A stretch of DNA of 63,959 bases, counting the filler, from Chthonomonadaceae bacterium (lineage in GTDB: Bacteria; Armatimonadota; Chthonomonadetes; Chthonomonadales; Chthonomonadaceae): assembly GCA_035650735.1 (NCBI GenBank). It is 7 parts of 7 records of this genome, joined end to end, with 100 filler letters (N's around TTAATTAATTAA, not from the genome) between each part and the next. Parts side by side here need not be neighbours in the genome. Positions count along the whole stretch, not along the records: positions 10,163 to 22,016 come from DASRGZ010000018.1; positions 22,117 to 37,587 come from DASRGZ010000020.1; 5 more parts are not named here. One strand, 5' to 3'. The notes below the pieces were generated by a model. The model ran no database searches and was not told the DNA's origin. It worked only from the letters and a program-made list of their open reading frames with translations. Positions within the stretch are counted from its first letter, which is position 1, and each line of letters begins with the position of its first letter. Shown here one piece after another: positions 20,281 through 27,495 of the stretch. The position numbers and the translations under genes were made by a program.

Positions 20281-21978
20281 ATGAGTCAGAAAAGAATCCT
20301 CACTCGCCGCCGCTTCCTGGTAGAAGGCACGGCAGCCGCGCTGACGCTGGCGGGATGCTCCCGTCGGCAACCCCCGGTCCGGGTCGTGCCGGCGAAGGCT
20401 GCGGCGCCGACCGTCCGCTTTACCGATGTAACTGCGGAAGCCGGCCTCTCCTTCGTGCAGTCGCGCGGCGGCTGCGGCCTCTACTACTTTATTGAACAGG
20501 AAACCGCCGGCGCCGCCGTCTTCGACGCCAATGGGGACGGCCATCTGGACATCTACTTCCCACAGCCCAAGCCGCTCGGCGTCTGCAAAGCCAAGTACAA
20601 GGAACCGCTCCGACACCGCCTCTATCTCAACAATGGGGATGGCACCTTCCGGTTGGCTCCTGAGGCCTTCGGCGGCGTGGAGACGGATTACGGCCTCGCC
20701 GCCGCCGTCGGCGACTACAACAACGACGGACATCCTGACCTCTTCGTGGCGTGCTACGGCCAGAGCAAGCTGTTTCGCAATCGCGGAGACGGCACGTTTG
20801 CGGATGTCACCGAGAAGGCGGGCGTCGGCGTGAAGGGGGTCTGCATGGGCGCCGTCTGGTTTGACTACGACGGCGACGGATATCTGGATCTATACGTGAT
20901 CCGGTACGCGGAATGGAGCGTAGACCGAGACGTTCCCTGTTATGGGCCCGACAGAACGCGCAATGAGTGCAATCCGGTCATGTATCCGCCGTCTACCAAT
21001 CTCCTCTTCCACAACAACGGCGATGGCACGTTCACCGACGTGACCGCTAAAGCCGGCGTCGGGTCGGAGCTGCGCCGCTCCCAGTGCGCCGCCGCCTTCG
21101 ACTTCGATGGCGACGGGCATCTCGATCTCTTCGTCGCCAACGATCTCGGCCCCAACTCTCTCTACCATAACAACGGTAACGGAACCTTCACCGACGTGGC
21201 GATGCAGCAGAACGTCGCCTTCGGGCTGACCGGGCAATCGCAGGCCAATATGGGCATCGCCGTCGGCGACTACGACGGTGACGGCGATCTGGACGTGCTG
21301 GTGACGACCTTCTCCAACGAGCCCTATACCCTCTACCGCAACGACGGCGGCTATTTTACGGACGTGAGCGCCGCCGCTGGAATCGCCCAGTCGACGCTGC
21401 CGTTCCTGGGGTTCGGGACCGGCTTCTTCGACGCGCGCAACTCCGGCCTGCTGGATCTGTTTTTCGCCAACGGGCACGTCTTCCACCTGGTACGCCTGGA
21501 AGATCCCCATCTAACCTACAAGCAGCGCAACCAGCTTCTGCTGAACGACGGCTCCGGCCATTTCGTCGAAGCCCTGAATGCGCTGCCGCAGGACGATGTG
21601 CGCGTCCATCGCGGCACCTGCTTCGGCGACTTTAATAACGATGGCCGGATAGATATTCTCGTCACGGCCAACGACGACCGCCCGACGCTGCTGCGCAACG
21701 ACAGCCCGCCCGCCAACTGGCTCCTTTTGAAGCTGATCAACAAGCACGGATGCGTCACGCCCATCGGCACGCGCTGCACCGCCACAGTGAACGGGCGCAG
21801 ACTGCTGCGGGTGGTGCTGGGCGGGGGAAGCTGGGGGGGAGAGAGCGACCATCGGGTGCATTTCGGGTTGGGAAGCGCCCCGCGCGTCGAGCGGCTGGAG
21901 ATTCGATGGCTCTCCGGCAAGACCCAGGCGTTGACCGATGTGCCCGCCAACCAGATACTTACCGTGCATGAGAATTAG
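20281..21978 (+). CDS. CRTAC1-family (FG-GAP / ASPIC-UnbV) protein, Tat lipoprotein-like signal
   Basis: TRRRFL and LAGC; repeated GDYNNDG/FDFDGDG-LDL, NNGDGTFTDV; HFGLG...W.SG C-terminus. Confidence 0.92.
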   Translation: MSQKRILTRRRFLVEGTAAALTLAGCSRRQPPVRVVPAKAAAPTVRFTDVTAEAGLSFVQSRGGCGLYYFIEQETAGAAVFDANGDGHLDIYFPQPKPLGVCKAKYKEPLRHRLYLNNGDGTFRLAPEAFGGVETDYGLAAAVGDYNNDGHPDLFVACYGQSKLFRNRGDGTFADVTEKAGVGVKGVCMGAVWFDYDGDGYLDLYVIRYAEWSVDRDVPCYGPDRTRNECNPVMYPPSTNLLFHNNGDGTFTDVTAKAGVGSELRRSQCAAAFDFDGDGHLDLFVANDLGPNSLYHNNGNGTFTDVAMQQNVAFGLTGQSQANMGIAVGDYDGDGDLDVLVTTFSNEPYTLYRNDGGYFTDVSAAAGIAQSTLPFLGFGTGFFDARNSGLLDLFFANGHVFHLVRLEDPHLTYKQRNQLLLNDGSGHFVEALNALPQDDVRVHRGTCFGDFNNDGRIDILVTANDDRPTLLRNDSPPANWLLLKLINKHGCVTPIGTRCTATVNGRRLLRVVLGGGSWGGESDHRVHFGLGSAPRVERLEIRWLSGKTQALTDVPANQILTVHEN

Positions 21979-21986
21979 GGTATTTA

Positions 21987-22016
21987 ACCCAAGTTGCTAC
22001 CTAGGAACACGTTTGA
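21987..22016. mobile_element. IS982-like terminal repeat at contig end
   Basis: ACCCAAGTTGCTACC is identical to 50601-50615, which precedes an IS982-like transposase. Confidence 0.6.
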
Positions 22017-22116
22017 NNNNNNNNNNNNNNNNNNNNNNNNNNNNNNNNNNNNNNNNNNNNTTAATTAATTAANNNNNNNNNNNNNNNNNNNNNNNNNNNN
22101 NNNNNNNNNNNNNNNN

Positions 22117-22256
22117 ATCCTGGAGTTGAACCTGCCCAGTTACCGTATGGAGCAGGCGCAAAGCCAGCAGCAAGCAGCAGAAATCGCACCATCCTGAAAA
22201 AGAGGCAACGGGAAATCTAATTGTCGCCGACCAGGAAGGATATTTGTCGTTCAACA
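22117..22256 (+). mobile_element. istB: IS21-family right end with istB 3' end
   Basis: ILELNLPSYR...stop matches the IstB C-terminus; the end has repeated TTGTCG and terminal CA. It truncates a minus-strand ORF starting at 22287. Confidence 0.7.
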
Positions 22257-22350
22257 GGCAGGGTTCAGATGGTTCTTGCTTGGGCATGGTGGCCTCCTGT
22301 ACTCAGGAGAGGCGCTGAGAGAACCCAACACACCCCTCCCGTGCTCGTCC

Positions 22351-22548
22351 TTAACCCGCCGCCTGCGGTTGCGCCTTCTGGCCCTGGAGAAACTTATCCA
22401 TGCGCACCATCGCAAAGTTGTCTATCTTCTCCAGGCCCGGTTCTGCGATCAGTACGATCATGTGCAGGTTCTCCCGCTGCATCATCTCGGCCACCGCGCG
22501 GTAAGCGGCATCCACGTCCTCTGTCCAGCCTGTCTTGTGGGTGTTCAT
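22351..22548 (-). CDS. Small hypothetical protein (island)
   Basis: GGAGG RBS, 65 aa, part of a run of small co-oriented genes. Confidence 0.55.
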   Translation of the reverse strand: MNTHKTGWTEDVDAAYRAVAEMMQRENLHMIVLIAEPGLEKIDNFAMVRMDKFLQGQKAQPQAAG

Positions 22549-22582
22549 GTTCTCAACGCCTCCTTCCTGTGAGTGTGTTCTC

Positions 22583-22858
22583 TTATCGGTATGTGGGCCG
22601 GGTCGCCTGTAGCGGGCGGGTGAGGGGCTGCTCCTCCAGCACGGCGCGAGCCTCGGCTTCGGTGCGCGCCGCCAGGGCGTGTCCGGCTTCCGTGACGGTG
22701 ATGCCGAGGGGCAGGTCAAGGCAGGGGTCGCACAGGCCCGCCTCGACCTCCTCATCGCTGATGAGCAGCGCGCCACAGTTTTCGCAGGTGAGGTAGTTGC
22801 TGCTGACCTCCTCAGCCGAGAGGCCATAGCCTCTCCAGGTTGCGTAGACATTTGACAT
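22583..22858 (-). CDS. Small zinc-ribbon protein (island)
   Basis: CENC...CDPC; GAGGAG RBS. Confidence 0.6.
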   Translation of the reverse strand: MSNVYATWRGYGLSAEEVSSNYLTCENCGALLISDEEVEAGLCDPCLDLPLGITVTEAGHALAARTEAEARAVLEEQPLTRPLQATRPTYR

Positions 22859-22970
22859 TGCTTAAACTCCTCTTCTGTGTTAGAATAGGAGTGGACAGGA
22901 TGGGTGTTCCTTGTCCACTCCATGCCCGGAGGCTCAGGTAGTCGGTAGCTATCTGAGCCTCTCTTCGCGT

Positions 22971-23282
22971 TTACCACTCCACGCCACAGCGAAACGCTAG
23001 GTCTTTCATCATCTCCTCTTCAATGACCAAGAACAACCGGTGCTTGCAGTCGCCGTCGTTCTTAAAGCCCTTGCAAGTGCAGATTTCATGGCCGGGGGTG
23101 CGGTCTACCACGTAGTCGCTGTGAGGGCCAGCGTTGCCGGGCTTGTAGACGCCATAGAGGTTGAGCCGGGTGCGCTGGACGAAGCGGTAGCCCTGTTCTT
23201 CCAGGTAGGAGGCGCGGGCCAGGATGTTGGCTTGGCGCAGGGCTTCGGCAGCGGTCTTGGGCTGAGGAAAGAGTGTCTGCAT
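22971..23282 (-). CDS. SWIM zinc-finger protein
   Basis: YVVD...CTC KGF...CKH motif; AGGAGG RBS. Confidence 0.75.
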   Translation of the reverse strand: MQTLFPQPKTAAEALRQANILARASYLEEQGYRFVQRTRLNLYGVYKPGNAGPHSDYVVDRTPGHEICTCKGFKNDGDCKHRLFLVIEEEMMKDLAFRCGVEW

Positions 23283-23311
23283 GGGTGTTCCCTCCTTGTG
23301 TGTGATGGCTT

Positions 23312-23473
23312 ATTATAGCATAAGACGTTTTCATATGCCAACGTCTAAATGCATATTTTTTGAGTGTTCACCAAGAATTTTTTTTGCTCCATGCCGTAGC
23401 TACTAATGACCTTGTTCTGCTTTGCATCCGTACACGTCTAGCACTTGACAAATGTTTACGTCATGGGTACACT
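23312..23473. promoter_or_regulatory. Divergent sigma70 promoters
   Basis: Minus strand: TTGGCA-18-TATAAT with TGn extension (23312-23341). Plus strand: TTGACA-17-TACACT (23445-23473). ACGTC(T) motifs recur over both. Confidence 0.65.
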
Positions 23474-23506
23474 GTACCAGAGTACCGAAGGAGGACATCA
23501 GGCAAC

Positions 23507-23788
23507 GTGCCGGTTAAATATCTGAGTGTTTCTGAAGCTGCCGCCCGCAAAGGCGTCTCCCGCTCTGCTATCTATGCCGCGATTGCGCGCGGGCGACTCT
23601 CTGCCGAGCGGATCGCCGGGCATTGGGTGTTGCGGGAGAAGGAGGTAGATACCTACACACCGATCCCCAATGACCAGCGGGCCGGGATGCGCCTGGGTGG
23701 GCGACGACGCGCCCAACAGGGCAGCGAGGGCAAGCGTCCACGCGGACGACCGCGCAAGACGAGCACAGAAGGAGAAGGCCAGGCGTGA
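23507..23788 (+). CDS. Excisionase-like HTH_17 DNA-binding protein with AT-hook
   Basis: YLSVSEAAARKGVSRSAIYAAIARGRL...W; KRPRGRPRK; GGAGG RBS before a GTG start. Confidence 0.8.
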   Translation: MPVKYLSVSEAAARKGVSRSAIYAAIARGRLSAERIAGHWVLREKEVDTYTPIPNDQRAGMRLGGRRRAQQGSEGKRPRGRPRKTSTEGEGQA

Positions 23789-24243
23789 ACGTACCCCAGG
23801 AGGAGTTGAACGCCTGGGCGCAGGCGGCCCTGCATGTCAACGGCCTGCTGCTTGCGGCTCAGGATGCCCTGCGGCGGGGCGATGTCACGGAGGCTGGAGA
23901 GAAGCTGACCCAGGCCCGGCAGGTCAACTGGACACAGGAGAAGCGGTTGGTGCGGGCCGGTGCGGATGACCCGATAGCGGCGCGTGCGCAGGCGCTAGAG
24001 CAGGAGATGACCACCGAGGAGGTGAGCACGCTGCCACAGCCGCAGGAGACCTCTCTGGCGCTCTTGACCAGCCCGGCCAACCGGCGTCTGCTGGAGGCGC
24101 TGCGAGCCGCACAGGAGGCAGCCGAGGCGGTAGACAGAGAGCGCGGTGACTGGCCGGAGGGGTTGGCGGAGGTGCTGGCAGAGTATGTGGCTCAGGTGGA
24201 GTTAGAAGTGCATGGCCCAAAGGGGCTGCGTAGTTGGGAGTAG
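23785..24243 (+). CDS. Hypothetical helical protein
   Basis: GTGA overlap with the upstream stop; 152 aa. Confidence 0.65.
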   Translation: MNVPQEELNAWAQAALHVNGLLLAAQDALRRGDVTEAGEKLTQARQVNWTQEKRLVRAGADDPIAARAQALEQEMTTEEVSTLPQPQETSLALLTSPANRRLLEALRAAQEAAEAVDRERGDWPEGLAEVLAEYVAQVELEVHGPKGLRSWE

Positions 24244-24285
24244 TGCTGTAGCGACGTTTTGGTAGAGGTCAGGAGGCAATACAAC

Positions 24286-25017
24286 ATGGCTGATATGCTT
24301 GTCCAGGTTATAGTTGAAGAATTGACGCCCTCCGAGCAAGCCCGGCTGGCAGAATATGAGACCACTATAGGTAAGCACTTACAACAGTTTTTCGAGGTCG
24401 GCTATGCGCTCATGGCGATACGCGACCAGAGGTTATACCGCAGTGAGTACTCAACTTTTGAGGAGTACTGCGGGCAGCGGTGGGGATTTACCAAGACCCA
24501 CGCGAATCGGCTGATAGCGGCTGCCGGGGTAGTAGAGAATTTGACACCAATTGGTGTCACGCCCTCCAATGAAGCGCAGGTCAGGCCCCTGACCAAGCTG
24601 GCTCCCGATCAGCAGGCGGAGGCATGGCGGGAAGCGCAAGCGTTGTCGCCGGAGGGCAAAGTAACCGCATCCCTGGTAGATACGGTGGTGAGAAAGCGGC
24701 TTGGCGATGCCCGTCTAAGCAATGGCGGGGGTGGCGGGATGAAAAAAGTCTATGCGGAGGGCATTGAGTATAACTCGGCCCAAAACATGCTCAAAGTACG
24801 CTTCCCTAGAGGGGTAGTGTTGCTCACTCCCGACGATCTGCGCTGTGCGGGTGTCCCAATTTCTCCGACGCCTACACCGCCCAGAGGAGTGAGCAATAGT
24901 GTTTCTAATTTTCTATGCCCGTCTAAACCTGAGAGAGCAGCGGAGGTTCTGAGGCGGCACTTTACCGACGAGGAGTTGAGCCAGATTTTTGCGGCGCTTG
25001 GTTTCTCTGATAACTAA
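24286..25017 (+). CDS. Phage/ICE-type DNA-binding protein (DUF3102-like N-terminus)
   Basis: FFEVGYALMAIRDQRLYRSEYSTFEEYC..RWG...ANRLI...NEAQVRPL motif common in phage proteins; AGGAGG RBS. Confidence 0.7.
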   Translation: MADMLVQVIVEELTPSEQARLAEYETTIGKHLQQFFEVGYALMAIRDQRLYRSEYSTFEEYCGQRWGFTKTHANRLIAAAGVVENLTPIGVTPSNEAQVRPLTKLAPDQQAEAWREAQALSPEGKVTASLVDTVVRKRLGDARLSNGGGGGMKKVYAEGIEYNSAQNMLKVRFPRGVVLLTPDDLRCAGVPISPTPTPPRGVSNSVSNFLCPSKPERAAEVLRRHFTDEELSQIFAALGFSDN

Positions 25018-25099
25018 AAGAGGGATAGCCCTCTAAGTATTTGACTCGTCTCCGGCCATCCTGGAGTCACTGCGGGGCATCCACATAAGGAGAGAGAAC

Positions 25100-25495
25100 A
25101 TGGACACAGAGAAGAAGCCTAACGCCGTGCCGGAAGCAGAGCAGGAGACCCCCAGGCCCATGCTGCCGATGGAGTTGGCGGGGCCAGATGATCCGATCTT
25201 CACGGAAGGGTGTACCGTCTTTCTGCCGTTGGGCCAGCAGCCGGATAGGGAGGATACCTCCAGCACATCGAAGCCGCCGATGCCGCTTCTACCGATGGAG
25301 CATCTGCCGCCCGACGATCCGATATTTTCCGAAGGCGTGAGCGTCTTTACGCGCCCCAACTTGCCACCGTCTACCGAGAACTCGGCAGGGGCGACTCCGA
25401 TCAGGAAGGCGGTCAAGCCGGAGGACGTTTCCCAGGAGAATTGGGACAAGTACCAGGGCTGGCTGAGGGACTTGCTCCAGCCGGAGGAGGCGTAG
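25100..25495 (+). CDS. Hypothetical protein with an internal duplication
   Basis: AGGAG RBS; two copies of P.LPME...PDDPIF.EG..VF. Confidence 0.65.
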   Translation: MDTEKKPNAVPEAEQETPRPMLPMELAGPDDPIFTEGCTVFLPLGQQPDREDTSSTSKPPMPLLPMEHLPPDDPIFSEGVSVFTRPNLPPSTENSAGATPIRKAVKPEDVSQENWDKYQGWLRDLLQPEEA

Positions 25496-25885
25496 CGTTC
25501 TGGCCCCCAGGATACCCCGTGCTGACTCCACACGCCCCATACAGCGGGCTAACCCCTGGGTGGGGGCTAGGATGGGACTGGAGAGGGAGAAGATGGACAC
25601 AGAGAAAAAGCTGCTTCTCCTTCTCATTTGTCACATAATGTGACAACTTGGAGAGTTTCCACTGGCGCGCATGAAGGGGTTGGGGCGGATGCCTGAGAGG
25701 ACGTGCTGCCCCCCTCTGTGTTTTATGTTCCGCAAGGGTATTGCTGCCCGGCCTGCAAAGAGCATTCTAGAAGATAACAAAAACGGCGTAAAGATGCAGG
25801 AGAATTGCTGGCCTGTATCGAAGGAGAGATTGCGACCCGACACAGTAGTAAGACCGACCATACAACCATAGGAGAGCAAGCAGCA

Positions 25886-26572
25886 ATGGTCAATCCTGTC
25901 TACTGTATCAAGTGTAAGCAGCCTCTCGATGCAACTGATGTCTTTTGCAAGCACTGCGGGGCCGATCAGCGTCCGCCCTCGCAGCAACCCTCATTTCTCG
26001 TACAGCAGCCAGCCCATCAGCTACCTGTAGTGGCTAGGCAAAAATCTGGCCTAGCGCCCGCTATGGTCGGTTTATTGGTTTTAGTTGCGATTTTAGGTGG
26101 CGTGGTTGGCGGACGAACCATACTACATGAGCGAGAACCTGCCGCGCCACCAGCGCAAAACAAGTCCCCCATTGCCAGACCAGCAACACAGCCACAGCCC
26201 ATCACAAAACCGCAACCAGTCAACGAACCATTTGTTATTAAGAAGGTTGACATAGAACAAATGGGGCCAATTCTTATAGGACGGCGCTCTTGGTTTGTGA
26301 CGGTGGAGGTTCAGAATAACACAAACCAAGTAAGCCCCGTACCCGTGCCAATACTCAAATTCGATGATTATTCTAGCCTACCGACGCTATTACCTTATGA
26401 TCGCTTTGATGGGGCAATCCCTCACGGGGTAGATTTGCAGGCAACCGTAATTGGGCCTGGCACATTGCGTACTCTTACCTTTTATGCAGATGACTCAGGC
26501 GCAAACGACGCAAAGAAGCCTAAGAGTTTAGAGATGCGCTTTGGCAATATAACTGTTGAGAGGCAGCTATAA
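25886..26572 (+). CDS. Zinc-ribbon + single-TM protein with an extracytoplasmic beta-rich domain
   Basis: CIKC...FCKHCG, TM segment, Pro-rich linker; lower GC than the host genes. Confidence 0.75.
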   Translation: MVNPVYCIKCKQPLDATDVFCKHCGADQRPPSQQPSFLVQQPAHQLPVVARQKSGLAPAMVGLLVLVAILGGVVGGRTILHEREPAAPPAQNKSPIARPATQPQPITKPQPVNEPFVIKKVDIEQMGPILIGRRSWFVTVEVQNNTNQVSPVPVPILKFDDYSSLPTLLPYDRFDGAIPHGVDLQATVIGPGTLRTLTFYADDSGANDAKKPKSLEMRFGNITVERQL

Positions 26573-26719
26573 CGCAGGAGGTATAAACAAGAAGCGCACG
26601 GCATACCGCTTCTGTGCCTGGCTGTATTTTCTTCAAAACAGTCGGATAGACCCCTAGTGAGAGGCTGAGTTGGCACGTTGAGTCAAAAGAGCGGGCATAG
26701 GAGAAGGAGGGCAGCAGAC

Positions 26720-27053
26720 ATGGACGCGCGACAGAAAACTGGCTATCTGGCCCTCGGTGGAGTCGTCCTTGCTATCGGACTGCTGTTCTGGCGATTACAA
26801 CCCCGGCGTGACCCCTATCCGACCGGTGCAGAGTTTTACCCTATCAAACAACAACTTCTCTGTGACCACCCCCCAATGGCGCTACGTGCAGATTGACTGG
26901 CGGGATGACGATTATCCTACCTGGGGCTATACGATGCAAAACTATGATGCGCGCAGGCACGAAGAGACCAAGCAGCGTGTCTGGATCGTGGCTCATGTGC
27001 GCCGGGAGCCGGATGGACGTTATCGGCTGGTGCGGTGGGAGAGGCGACCATGA
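26720..27053 (+). pseudogene. Possible frameshifted small membrane protein
   Basis: AGGAGG RBS, ATG 26720 and a TM segment ending at 26896; an overlapping frame continues to 27053. Confidence 0.35.
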
Positions 27054-27274
27054 GTGATCTCTACGAAGTAAACAAAAAACTACCTGAATTGCCCTTCTAG
27101 ATAGCGGAGTTGGCACGGTTTATGCAAGTGTAGGTAGTGTACATTTGAAAGAAGTTGCCGACTTAGAGCACATGCCATATAGCACTACCTAGCAGGTTAG
27201 AGTCTGTGATCGAAGTGTAATTGGGTGCAAAATGAGATGAGAAGCCCCCTGTCTATGAGGGGAAAAACCCGCTT

Positions 27275-27336
27275 TCAGCGGATAGAGCATCCGCCTTCTA
27301 AGCGGACGGTCGCAAGTTCGATCCTTGCCGGAGGCG
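27275..27336 (+). tRNA. tRNA-Arg(TCT) 3' fragment lacking the 5' acceptor strand; probable att site
   Basis: Partial D arm TCAGCGGATAGAGC, anticodon arm TCCGC-CTTCTAA-GCGGA, T arm GCAAGTTCGATCCTTGC, 3' acceptor CGGAGGC. The expected 5' GCCTCCG is absent. Confidence 0.85.
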
Positions 27337-27495
27337 CGGCCTTCTCATCGGGCATTTTCAAACCAGGAATCTTTAGCGCGAGGTGGCGCACTAGAGCAAG
27401 CGCTCTAAGCCCCTACCTCTTACCGCAATGAACACTACGCAGCCTCGGCTTTCGCGCCTGGCTGCGTACTTCTTTACTTTGGCCTATGAGCGGCC

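Noticed and set aside
27110..27126. sigma54-like TGGCACG-N4-ATGCA motif
   Set aside because: Imperfect -12 element and no downstream gene; the GAGTTGGCACG repeat at about 26667 lacks the -12 element.
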